64,000 nucleotides of DNA, taken from Chara braunii (taxonomy: Eukaryota; Plantae; Charophyceae). A program made the position numbers and the translations under genes. Positions 35,344 to 47,953 of the stretch are shown one piece after another. Each line of letters starts with the position of its first letter. Positions within the stretch are counted from its first letter, which is position 1. The notes below the pieces were generated by a model. It made no database searches and had not been told where the DNA came from. It saw nothing but the letters and a program-made list of their open reading frames with translations. The stretch spans positions 59,479 to 123,478 of the forward strand of contig BFEA01000012.1 of the NCBI GenBank assembly GCA_003427395.1. The letters are read 5' to 3'.

Positions 35344-37522
35344 GGCGTCAGTTGCCGTTGCCAGATAAAACCCCGCCAACCACCTGGGAAGAGGTGATGC
35401 GACAACCCCTCTTCGGCAATAGAAACATTACCGATGGAAACGGGAGGGTATACCGCAACTCTGATTCCCCATGGAATAGCTGGGTTAAAAAAGGTATAGT
35501 AAGGATAAAGGATCTATGGGACCTGGAGAACAAAAACTGGAAAACAACACTGCAATTGAGGGTCACCCTGAGGTACTGTCATGATATTGAGAGAAACTAG
35601 GACGAACTGATTTTTGCGGTCCCTCTTGATTGGGCCCGCATTTTGCGTAAGGGGCCGCAGCTGATAGAAGGGGACTGGGTTGTGATTCCGGGAGAAACTG
35701 AGAGTGTGGGCTGCGTGGTGGAAGTACGGGCTGACGAATCCCTGGTCAGCCTCCTCCACAAAGGGAAGGACAATGTCCTCTCTAAGTACACCCCGTAGGT
35801 GGTGAGGTGGTGTAAGAATGTGAAGGTGCACAAAATCCGCGTGATGAAGTCGAAGGACCTATGGGTCGCCTTTCAACCCGAGACACCTCTGAAGAACTCC
35901 CCCTCGACCCGGCAGAATGGCACTGGAGGCCCAAACATCGACCGCAGGCCACGCCAAACAAACAACTGCTCAGTCTGACTGTAAAAGATACATACCGGCT
36001 ACTACGCCCGAAAGTGAATTTGAGGGACGTGGTGAAGGCCCGATGGCAAACCCAGCTGAATGTCGGAAGAGACTCTCTGCGCCCTATCAGATGGTTTACA
36101 ACTACAAAATCTAAACCGGCGAAGTTCGCCTCACTACAATGGCAGATAGAACATCGCTGCCTCCCGACAAATAATTGGCTGGTCGACCGCACACACCTGG
36201 AGCAGAGAGGCTTGGCGTTGCCATGGTGCAAATCCTGTCACAGCGCCTTCCCCTCTCGAAGATCTCGGAAACGATCGAACATATTTTCCTACAGTGCCCA
36301 GGAGCGGTACTGACATGGCGGTGGTGGGACAGGATATGGAACCTTTTGGACACCGGATCCACCTGGCCATGGGATTGGAGAGCACTGCTCTGCGAGGCTC
36401 GGACCTCCCCTACAGACAGAGACTTTGAGAACAACATGTTCAAGACAAGCAGGAGAGCCATCATCTGGGCACTTTGGCGAAAACGTTGCATACATGCTAT
36501 CGAAGGGGTCCGGATAGAAGGGGAGGAGGTGACAAAAATGATCAGACAATTTATTAACCAAGAACTCCTTACCCGGTGGCAGAAAGTCAAAAGCCAATTG
36601 GACTGGTTGGGCAGCGACCAAGGGGGATGGATGGCAGGTATCTGGGATGGGGGACAAGTACAGGGGCAGGAACGGGATGATTTCCAAAGAGATTACTGCA
36701 TAAATTTTAACGATTGGACCAAAATTGACCAGCGGATCCCTCTCCGACCACCCACAGACTTCCCCGACCCCTTCCCACCCCACCAGCTGGAAATGGTGGA
36801 CATGCAATGGTACGGTGCGGCATGAACAGACGTTGACATCAGCCTGTTCTCAGCTTGTCTCCATGATGCTATCCTGCTTGGCGGTAAAGAAAAAAGGGAG
36901 AATAAATCGGCAAGGGAAGGAAGGAAGGAATATGATCTCCTGAGACAGACACTTGGGAAGGGCGGACCCGCCCAGCAGGGTTGCTTTTCAGAATCTCGAA
37001 GTGGGGGGAACCAGGAAGGGAGAGCAGATATTTGGCGCCGGGTGCAAGGGGCTGGCAGGATTATACCACACTTCTCCGGACATGCTTTGAACTTTGCCTA
37101 TGTAAGGGGCCAGGATTGTACCACACGTTCTGATGAGATCCGATGCGCTTGGAATTTTGTCTATGCAAGGGATGCTGGACCCGGTTTCCGGCAGGTGCTG
37201 TTCCCTGCCAAAAGCTCAGACGCTCGGCAAGGGACCCGCCCAGCAGTTTGGTTCTTCAGAATTTGGAAGTGGGGGGAGCCAGGAAGAGAGAGCAGATATC
37301 TGGCGCCAAGTGTAGGGTGAAGAGGCCCCCCCCCTCCCAACCTCCTGCAGGATCGGGCCACACCCTTCTGATGAAGATCTGATGTGATTTGAATTTTATC
37401 TATGTAAGGGACACTGGACGGTTTCCAGCAGGTGTTGCTCCCCACCAATAGATGGAGCCCTCCCCAGGTGCTAGCGGTGTCTGCTCGTACCAGCACTGCT
37501 AGCACTGACGGGTGTGTTTCTT

Positions 37523-37552
<30 letters not shown>
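35344..37552 (+). mobile_element. 5'-truncated L1-clade LINE (ORF2 C-terminus, 3' UTR, poly(A))
   Basis: Frameshifted CKSC...ETIEHIFLQC zinc finger and IWALWRKR motif; poly(A) at 37524-37552; TSD accaacgatt at 35334-35343 and 37553-37562. Confidence 0.9.
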
Positions 37553-37555
<3 letters not shown>

Positions 37556-37617
37556 AACGATTTAGGGTAGAATTATTCAAGGCTACGACCGAGACGGGGT
37601 TTCAATAAGAATACAAC

Positions 37618-37655
37618 CTGTCTCTTATACACATCTAGATGTGTATAAGAGACAG
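37618..37655. other. Nextera mate-pair junction adapter (two Tn5 mosaic ends); assembly artefact
   Basis: Exact CTGTCTCTTATACACATCT followed by AGATGTGTATAAGAGACAG. Confidence 0.98.
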
Positions 37656-38903
37656 GTACTGATCTGGTAAGATATATCTCACCAACAAACCGGCTGCCCA
37701 TGGGAGCGGCAACTACACGGCCCATACAGGCGGCTTCGGCGGCACCAACAGACAGTTGGGCAAACAAAACAAGCAAGGTGGAGGAGGGGGTACTGGCGGA
37801 CACACTAGCTGAGGCGGGAACTTAGGCATGAACAACACACGATACAACAGGGCATGTAAAGGAAAACCCTACCAGCAGAACTTCGTTGACCCACAGTTCG
37901 AAGAAATGAAGGAGCAACAGAGGCAAGCACGACAAGAGAAGCAGGAAATGGAGGAGAGGAGACAAACTGAAGAAGAAAAGAAGGTGAGGGAGGATGGGGA
38001 AGCACACTGAAACCAAGATTTTGCTACGAGAGCGGAGGAGCTCAAACAGCAACTAAAGGCTGATCTGCAGGAGGAGTGGAGAGCGAACAATGAAGAAGCA
38101 CACAAGGAGGTGAAGGCTACAAGGAACCGAAGAACGCGTGACTCGAAGACTCGCAGGGAAGGAAAGGGTGATAATATCGATGAAGGGGCAGGAAGAGGCA
38201 CACATCCGATTCACGTGTGAGCTAGACCACAACGATGGAAATGGAGTCAGACACGGAGGTTAGTGACACTACGACTGTCAGAAGATGATTTTGTTCTATT
38301 GCTCCCCTACGGGTGGTTGCAAGGGCCTACCTGCCAATTGTTCAAAAGAAGGGCTGATCGAGTACTGTATATCAGCCATAAGATAAACTGGGCTAAGAAG
38401 GCTCTCGGCCTCGGGAGGATATGTGAAAAGAAGGGGATTGAGTACACAAAGAAACCTGAGGTTGTGGAGCTTTTGGCAAGGCAGTAGGTGCAGCAGTGGA
38501 CACAACAATTAAGGCCAAGGCCGACCCGACAGCGAAGGAGGTTATGAAAGATAAGGTGGTCCACCAATCGCCTGCTCTGCAACAACCAAGAGTGATTCTC
38601 CAATCGACACCAATCCAACCTACCAAAGACTCAAGTTGATGGTGTGCAGCCCCACAGGCGGTGAGCTTTGGGATACTCTGTCCACATGGCTTGAGTACCG
38701 TGCAGATTTACGGGGGCTAGGTATTTCTGGCGAAGTCCACAGGACGTTTTGTGGGTGGGCAAAACAGGTAGAGGGATTCCACATGTTGCTCTTGTGTGGG
38801 GTCATGTCAATCAAATGTTGAACTTTTTTTTGCAGTAATGTGATACTTTTGATGTTTCTGCACTGGCGTATGGCTGCCAGGATTGTGTGCCCCGCAGTTC
38901 ACC

Positions 38904-38978
<75 letters not shown>

Positions 38979-41900
38979 TTTCCTGCCCCACACCTTGCTC
39001 CCTCCTTTTCTCTCTGTGCCCCTCTCCCCAACGATCGAGCACCAACCACTTAGATACATGATATGATACTCTCCAACAAATTACCTAAAAAATCGAAAAA
39101 ACAGTTTTCAATGTCTCCGGGCGGCGTAGCACTGCCGGGAGCGCTGCGCCACCGTGCACCGCTGGTTGAAGTGCCGATCTCTGCAAAGGGCTGCGTGGCT
39201 AGGAGGCGCTGCCAGTTGAAGTTTTGAACCTGGCGAGATGGCGAGGAGGATGGCATCAGCATGGAAGTTGAGTTGAAAGGTGCGAAGGAAGGGGGATACG
39301 GGAGATAACGTGCATGGCTAGTTTGTTGTGTTTTTTCTTCGTCCCCTCTCCTGCCTGCTTGCCCTCCTTGCTTCTCAATAAACGTCTATGGAGGAGCCTG
39401 GTCATGGTGTTGGTATGTGGGTGAGAATGACCTCACTAGAGTGGTCCAAGTATTGTAATGCTACGCCCGGTTCTGCACTTCGCCCAAGTGGTGCTGCAGG
39501 CTAGCACGCTGGACGAAGGGGGGATGGCCTTTGAGAGGAGGCAGACATCTAAGAGAATTAGGTGAGGTGGTGGCCTTAGCTACTTTACCCTGCACAGCAT
39601 AGTGGAGGCTAGGCGTTTGACATGGGTTGAATAGGGGGGGGGGCAACCTCACCTGGATTGGGATGAGGGATGGTTTTCGGTCGTTGGAGGCAACATCAAG
39701 TTGGGTTTTCTAAAGCAGTGTCAGTCTAAGATTGACAGCAGCTGCAATTTCCTCACAAGGGGGGCGCTCGAGCGGAGGATGTGGCTTCAAGGGAGTTCTT
39801 CAGAGTCCCTCGGTGTTGATAGCCACCAAGCGTGGCATTCTTCAAGCAGAAGGCGGACTCGACGATGGATTGTTCATGGGATTCTGAGCTCGGCGCCTGC
39901 CTTGATAAAGCTAGTTGTGCCCTTTTATGTTTTGATCATTTCATTCCTATGGGCGCTGTGTCAGAGTTCCTCTTCAGGACGTGGTTGCGGGTTGCAAATT
40001 TAACCTCCTCAGTTCCTTTTCTCAAGTGCTTTCATCCCTCTCGTTAATTTCTTTTTTGATTAGTAGTCTGTGATGTTCGATCCAAGATCCAGTCGCGCTC
40101 GGGTTTTAAGCGTTCACGCTGCAGCTTGCACCGTGATACGCTCTGGTTCTCAAGGTTCCATGTCTAGGTTGCATCTTGATATCACACAACTTTTCATAAA
40201 CAGCTCGTGATAATCATAGCTGGGGACAATCATTGTGATGACGTAAGTTGCCTGTATTCCTTTGATTTAGTTCATGCACACCCCTGCCCTGCTATCGAAA
40301 GTTGATCTATAGAGGCTATTCAGTTGACATGATTCGAAAGTGGTTACGGTTTACTTTCTGCGAGGACAATTGGGGCAGTGTATCATTGGGTATTCTCTCG
40401 GCCTATGTTCTGTGACACTAGATGATCCTCAAAACGTTAATTCCAAATTCAAGCTTTAAAGTTCGGTTCTCTGATACCAAATTCCTAATTTCTAGTTTTC
40501 AAATTCCTAACTTTTGCGAGGCACAAGGCCTCGATAAGCCCTACTGGGCCCCAATTTGCAACAGCGTCGGCCGCCCTAAGTGAAGGCAGGCNCGACAGAC
40601 CCTAAGAGGCCTATTTTGGACTACTTCGCAACTGGGGAAAATTCAGGTAGTTGCGCAGCGCCAGTTGGTTGGAAGCGCCCAGGCCCTGTGCCTCCTTTAT
40701 CGAATGCATCTGAGTCAGGCCCTGGGCGAGATTCGCAGCATAGGCCCAACTCAGGCTGTGGGCAGTTGGGCACAGGTAACTGTCGGTGGCCCTGGGCCAA
40801 TTCGTTTGGTCTGAGGCTCAGCCNNNNNNNNNNNNNNNNNNNNNNNNNNNNNNNNNNNNNNNNNNNNNNNNNNNNNNNNNNNNNNNNNNNNNNNNNNNNN
40901 NNNNNNNNNNNNNNNNNNNNNNNNNNNNNNNNNNNNNNNNNNNNNNNNNNNNNNNNNNNNNNNNNNNNNNNNNNNNNNNNNNNNNNNNNNNNNNNNNNNN
41001 NNNNNNNNNNNNNNNNNNNNNNNNNNNNNNNNNNNNNNNNNNNNNNNNNNNNNNNNNNNNNNNNNNNNNNNNNNNNNNNNNNNNNNNNNNNNNNNNNNNN
41101 NNNNNNNNNNNNNNNNNNNNNNNNNNNNNNNNNNNNNNNNNNNNNNNNNNNNNNNNNNNNNNNNNNNNNNNNNNNNNNNNNNNNNNNNNNNNNNNNNNNN
41201 NNNNNNNNNNNNNNNNNNNNNNNNNNNNNNNNNNNNNNNNNNNNNNNNNNNNNNNNNNNNNNNNNNNNNNNNNNNNNNNNNNNNNNNNNNNNNNNNNNNN
41301 NNNNNNNNNNNNNNNNNNNNNNNGAGCTTTTGATGTGTTCTTATTTGGTGAAACTCGTGATGCAATTCTGCTTTTGGTTCGAGGTCACGACTATCTGGTC
41401 TCATGTGTATGATGCTGTCTGATTGCTGAAGTTCGCTATTGCTCATCTTCCTTGCAATTTGGTATGGGAGCTGTGGTACGGTGCGCTAATCTGGCGCTTG
41501 TCTTCTGCCTAATGCGGTACATGCACGCGGTGTGTGCGGTGAGTGACCGTGCCGTGGGACGTGCGTATTGAGGACGGCGAAGGCAAGAACAGGCGACCCA
41601 GGTGGAGAGGGGTTCGCCAGGAAGGCTATGCGGTGTAATGTGGGTTCTGGACAGTGTGATGAGAACTATCTGATGTGCGATTGGTGCTAAGGTGGAACGG
41701 CGTGTAATGCTGGTTGTGCCGAAGCAATGACTGGTCATCACAATCGGCGTCAGGTCATCAGGTCATCACAATCTGCGTCAGGTCATCACTATTTGAGGTA
41801 TGTTGCTCTTAACCTTACCTACCCTCTTCATCACTTCTTACCGTGAGGTTGTGTGTTCCGTCTTGAGAGTCCTCTCATTGTGAGGAGTTGAGTGCTCTCA

Positions 41901-42779
41901 ACCTTGAGAGTCGGCAATGTTCACGTGGAGCATCTGGGGGAAGACGGGCGGAGCTTCTTGAAGGGCCCTGGACGAAGCACTGGGTCACAGTCACCATGCC
42001 AACCCACAGGGAGTAGAGCACGCATGATTTGCTGCTTGTCCTTTGTTCGGCTCGCTGCGCTGTTAGATGGGTTCTGAGGGGCAGGCCAGCCCTATGTGGG
42101 AGACGAGAACCGGGCGTCTATAAATAAACACCGGCAGGGGAAACCATTGGCTGTGATTGTCATCCTGTTTGCAATGTTAAATAATTCCTGAGGACACTTG
42201 GGGGGGGTCTTTAAATAGCCTCTTGATCAGCCAATCGGTGTAAGGCTCACTGCACGCGAGGATAAACAATGCGCTAGAGCTGTCCAGCTCAGCAGGTATC
42301 GAGGCACAGGGGTGGGTCGATTGCACACCTTTAGACACGCACTGCTCTCTAGATGGCTTAGGGACGCTGACGTCAAGCGACATTCAAGAGGAACTAAGGG
42401 AGGGGTAGATCTCAGGTGATAAGTTCGGGAAAAATTCCATGCTGTCCCAATCCATACCAATGATTCTATTTTTATGTTTTGATTAGTTAGATGTACAACC
42501 ATTAACATATGACAGACAACATATTAGAACTGTTTTCTGTTCATTGTGCATTCTGTTCGAGAACTACTCAAACTAAAAATAGTTTTTATTTGTAGGAATC
42601 TGAACTTACCTGTTGAACCCGAATGGTTAGTCTCTGACATAGCCACCAAGTAATTATTTATTTATTTTTAGTTGGTTTGTGCACTATACTGCGGTAGGCA
42701 TCTAGAGTGTCCTAGTGCAGTTTGTGTATGGTGCTGTAGCTTATAAGCGACAGGGAGGTTCCAACCGAACGACCGACTC

Positions 42780-44690
42780 TTGCAATCGGCTAGACGCTCG
42801 ATTGCCCATTTGGCATTAGGACCAGAGGGCGACAAATACTTGTTCCGCCAGCAGAGAGAGAGGCAGCAGCAAAAGAGAAGAGCTAGGGCCGCAGAGGCAA
42901 GCAGGGCATTCGCAAGCGAGGCCGCTACTTCAGCAGTCATGGCCACTACTGCGCAGCAGACTTCTCAGACTGGTAGTTCAGGATCTGTAGGGTCAACGGT
43001 CGCGCAGACCTTGAGTCAGTCCACTGGCGTAATGGCAAGCCAGCCCTTAGTGATGACTCCCGAGGAGGTCGCCATACAGTGAGCTGCTGATCGTGAGGCA
43101 GAGCTACAACAGGCTTTAGGAGAGATTAAGGCTGAGAAAGAGAGAATGATTAGGAGAAGAGCCAGGATGTAGCGGAGGCAAGCGTACATTAGTGAGTTAG
43201 AGGAGATGGACCCAGCAGAGATGGAAGATGATGTGAGGACCATACGGTCGGTCTTGTTAGGTGTAGTAGAGATGGAAGATCACCAAATGGAGATCTTACA
43301 GGACATCCAACAGAGTCTGGCTGTGTTAGTCGGGCGAGTGCACGAGGCACCGTCACCGTCCGGGCCCGGTGCCTGGCCCGTTGTACATCCTCCTCCTTTT
43401 GTCCCACCAGTGACTGGGGTTTCCCCATATACAGCTCCAACATCGGTCCAGACCGTTTCCCTGGGTATGCCGTTAACAGGAGGGTTCTCAGCAGGTCCTA
43501 GTTTGCAGGTTCCTGTACAGACATTGTTTTCCCAACCTCTGTCTTAGGTTGCCGTGAGCGGGCAGCCTATTGTCTCGCAGCCTGCACAGCCACAGGGTAC
43601 ACAGCCCCGACAGTCAGTGCAACAGCCTGCTCCTCAAGGTCCACAGCCCAAAGTGATGCAGGGACCGGGACAAAGTCAGTGGGTACCAAAGACGGCCATC
43701 GCCGCTCCTAAACCCTTCACAGGGAATAAGAGAGGTGGCCGCACGAGGGCAGTGCCAGTCTATGTGAAGTGTAAACTTACCTAGCCGCACGAGGAAGTGC
43801 TTGTGGCTGCCTCCTATCTGGAGGGGAGTGCAGCACGATGGTTGAGTGGTTTAGTGCAGCTCCAGGGGTACGGTCATGACTTTCTCGCTTGGGCGGTCAC
43901 CCAAAAATTGGATGACTTCCTTAAGTTGGTGGAAGACAAGTGGCATGATCCGCAGGAAGCTCAAAAAGCTATTGATGCGATCCTGACACTGCACACGAGG
44001 CAATTTAAGTCAGTAAGAGAGGCCACTGACGCTTTAGAGCGTCTGATCTGTGTCCCTGGGGTTCGCTATGACCCCCAGGTTTTACTCACCTCCTACCTGA
44101 GATGCTTTCCTATGCCTTTCAGGAATCAGTTGGCAAGTGAGGCCAACATCAACATGCACAACTTCCCTTCGTTTAGCAAGAAGGCCCTAGACCTGGAAGC
44201 GAAGATAGGGCATGGTCAGACACGCACGACGGATGGTAGGAAGAAGTCACTGCCTCCTAACTGGAAGGCGAAGGGTCGCATTACGTTTGTCGATAACGAT
44301 CGATCAACCATCGACAACTTCCAGGAGGGAGCAGGTTCAGAGGCTGGCAGCGTAGAGGCTTCAGGGGGTGGAGTAGTCGCTACCGTAGCACAGAAAGGTA
44401 AGGCGATCGGTAGACGCCGAGGAGGTTTCTAGTCTAGGAGTCGAGTAGACCCCAATGCTCCTCCATGAGGGAAAGCGGGTCTTAGTGAGGACGTGTGGAG
44501 AGACAGGTACACCAGAGAGGCTTATAGTCGTTGTGGTCAATATGGCCATAATCAATTCAAGTGCCGCAACAAGAAGGTGACCGAGAAGATCCTGCCTTCG
44601 ATGGGGAAGGCGTTGGGATCCTCCACTCCCATTGGTAGCAATGTGGCCAGCAGTTCTGGCACCGCTCCGGGAAACACATCGGGCCAGTAG
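42780..44690 (+). pseudogene. gag: gag with stops and frameshifts
   Basis: Capsid-like AASYLEGSAARW; degenerate knuckle (Y)SRCGQYGHNQFKC. Confidence 0.8.
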
Positions 44691-45944
44691 GAATAATAGT
44701 TGTTCCTCCTAGGGTCGAGGTGGTGGACACACCCTCACCATCTCGAGAGATGGCCCAAGCTACTGACTCCATCGTCGTCCCGCAAACACGTTCAGACCCA
44801 TCGAGCCTTTGTTCGATGAATGTGTTTGAGTCCTTAGAGGAGCTAGAGGAGGAGTGGTCAAGATCAGACCCACTAGCTTCTTGGACGGCCTTGGTCAAAG
44901 CCCCTAAGGGTGAGATGTTCGTCAGCAAGGTGGTCATTGGCGGCCGCAAGGCCGGGGCCTATTATGACATTTGCTCGACAAGGAACTTCATTAGTCACGC
45001 GTGCGTTGAGAGGCTGCGCTTACAGGGGCAAGTGCAGCGCCTGAGTCGACCTGTGGAGTCGACCTGTGCCAACAAACAGCGCATGGTAGTCAACGACTAC
45101 CTCCAGGATGTCGAGTGTTGTTTCCCGTACGCGGGAGGGGAACTGAGACATCGTGTCTCGTTCCTAGTGAGCGATGATCTCCCCATGGATATCTTGTTAG
45201 GTATGTACTACCTCTCTGTGGCACAGCCCCAATTTGACTGGGACCGAAAAGTGGTCAAACACACTTTGCCAGGTGGAGGGACCGCCAAATTACGTAAGTT
45301 CAAAGCTAGTAGTCTGATCGAGTCCTATGGATGCATGTGTGAGGCCGCGTTTTATAATTACTATAAGCAAAATCAGGAGGAGGGTATGTATCTAGTTTAT
45401 GTCTCTGCTGCAGGCGAGCTGGTGAAAATGTCGCCGGAGATAGAGGGAGTAGTTGCTAAGTACCCTGATCTATTTTAAGAGCCGACAGGGGTTGTTGAGA
45501 GGGAGGTCGTCCACGCGATATAAATTATCCCAGGGTCTAGCATCCCAAAGGGTAGGATCTATTGGATGTCTTCAGGCGAGCTTGACGAGCTTCGCCAGCA
45601 ACTCAAGGTACTCATAGAGAAGGGGTGGATCCGACCGAGTGTCTCTCCTTATGGTTCTCCAGTCTTATTTGTACCAAAGAAGGGGGGCACTTTGAGGATG
45701 TGCATTAACTATAGGGGCCTCAATGCCATCATTGTCAAGAACCGAGAGCCCCTACCGCGCATCGACGACTTGCTAGATCAAGTGCAAGGGTGCCGGTACT
45801 TCAGTAAGATAGATCTGAAGTCCGGGTACCATCAGATTGCTATACGGCCCGAGGATCAGCACAAAACCGCATTTCAGACCAGGTACGGTCTATACGAGTT
45901 TGTGGTGATGCCTTTCGGCCTTTGCAATGCTCCTGGCACCTTTC

Positions 45945-47037
45945 TTTTTTTTTTCTTTAAACACACACACGCTGCCCAATCTATTCTGGGGGGCAACGGT
46001 CCGGTTGCTAATCACCGGCAAGCAGAAAGACAAAGTCCGAAAAGAAAAAACGAACAGAAGAAAAAAAAGGGGAGGGGGTATCCCCTCAAGCCCCCGTAGG
46101 AGACTGAGGGGCAGCGGCAGTGAAAAGAGGCGGGCGAACTCACAACCTCCTAGAGCCCCCTAGTGCCCCCACCGGGAGGCAACAACGCACCCAGTCATGA
46201 ACGCACCAACGAAGCAAAGGACCTGTGCTAGGACCACCCCTTTAACACTCAGGTGTCACCTGAGCATAAGGTTTTTTTGGATGCACCCATTACCCAAGAA
46301 GTAGCAGAGGGGTTGTCCGGGATGCACAAAGGTAAGGCGCCGAGCCCGGACGGTTTGCCGGCCGAGTATTTGATGATTGCAGCACGTCCTCTCCTTCCGT
46401 TTTTGTGTGAGGCCTTTAATGGTCTTTTCTCAGGAGGTGAGGTTCCTCCAACTACTTTTGGCCAGGCCACGATTGTCCTCCTGTACAAGAAGGGGAGTAT
46501 TGAGGAAGTCAGGAAATGGAGGCCCATTTCTCTTCTATCGGCGACGTACAAGCTTTATGCGAAGGTGCTTGCCAATAGGATTGTCGTGGTGCTACCCGCC
46601 ATTGTTCATTCTACCCAGACTGGTTTTGTCCCTTGAAGGCAGATCCTGGTGAACGTCCTCCTGGTTCGTCAAATCATGGAAAGAGCTCAGGATTTCCAGC
46701 CCCCGTTAGCTACTCTCTTCTTGGATTTTGAAAAGGCTTATGGCAGGGTCAAGTGGCCTTTTCTCTTGCAAGGTATGAGGTGTAGAGGTTTTGGGGAGGG
46801 CTTTGTGAAGGCTATTCAGGGGGTGCTGGGGATGGCAGTGGCGAGGGTACATGTTAATGGTTTCCTGTCATCTCCATTGAGGGTTACACGCTCTGTGCGA
46901 CAAGGTTGCCCCCTTTCCCCTGCTTTGTACATCTTGTATGTGGAACACTTGCATGAAATGATTCGGGGGGATGACCGAATTCTGGGTTTCGAGCTACCTG
47001 GAGGGGGCCAGGTCAAGTCCAATGCGTTTGCTGATGA
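45945..47037 (-). mobile_element. 5'-inverted, truncated L1-clade LINE inserted in the gypsy RT
   Basis: Poly(T) and minus-strand 3' UTR (45945-~46248), then a plus-strand LINE RT fragment (KAPSPDG, WRPISLL, LDFEKAY, RQGCPLSP, FADD). TSD cacctttc at 45937-45944 and 47038-47045. Confidence 0.92.
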
Positions 47038-47581
47038 CACCTTTCAGCATGCGATGAATCGGATCTTTCATGACTACTTGGACAAGTTTGTCATCGTGTA
47101 CCTCGATGACATACTTATTTTTAGTAGGACTGTCGAGGAGCAGGTGGCTCATTTGGACAATGTCCTCTGTCTCCTTCGTCGGCACAAGTTCAAGATAAAC
47201 GGGGAGAAGTGTGAGTTTGGCCGCACCCGTATCTTGTACTTGGGTCATGAGATTTCCGCGGAGGGTTTGAAAGGTGGCCAACATTCGTGATTGGCCGCGG
47301 AGGGTCTGTGACTGAGATGAGGTCTTTCTTAGGGATGACCGGCTACTATCGCAATTTTGTGAAGAACTATACCATAGTTGCCGCCCCTTTGACTAACCTG
47401 ACCCGCCTTGACACCCCATGGGAGTGGACAGACAGGTGCGAGGCTGCTTTCAGACATCTGAAGCGTGCGTTGACGCATCATGAGGTCTTGAAACTTCCTG
47501 ATCCTGACAAGCCTTTCGTAGTAACTACGGATGCTAGCCAATATGGCATAGGCGCCGTACTTGCGCAGCAGGAGGGGAAAA

Positions 47582-47953
47582 AGTTAAGGCCGGTAGAGTA
47601 TATGTCCAAAAAGATGCCCTCTCAGAAGTTGGCTAAGTCCACCTATAAGAAGGAACTCTATGCGATCTTCAAGGCGCTCACCCATTGGAGACACTATCTC
47701 CTTGGGAGGTTCTTCTACGTCAGGACTGATCACCAGACCCTGAAGTGGATGAGAACCCAGCCTGTGCTAGTTAAGGCCGGTACAGTACATGTCCAAAAAG
47801 ATGCCCTCTTAGAAGTTGGCGAAGTCCACGTATAAGAAGGAACTCTATGCGATCTTCAAGGCGCTCACCCATTGGAGACACTATCTCCTTGGGAGGTTCT
47901 TCACGTCAGGATTGATCACCAGACCCTGAAGTGGATGAGAACCCAGCCTGTGC
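47582..47953 (+). repeat. ~187-bp tandem duplication within RNase H
   Basis: agttaaggccggta...acccagcctgtgct occurs twice. Confidence 0.9.

Noticed and set aside
37618-37655. Genuine Tn5/IS50 insertion
   Set aside because: These are synthetic mosaic ends back to back with no transposase, i.e. a library adapter.
37656-38830. Coiled-coil or Gag-like coding remnant
   Set aside because: It is fragmented, has no diagnostic motif and adjoins the adapter junction, so I cannot assign it.
40467-40480. Minus-strand tRNA-Met PBS (ctctgatacca)
   Set aside because: There is no adjoining LTR end and no recognisable gag in 39000-40460.
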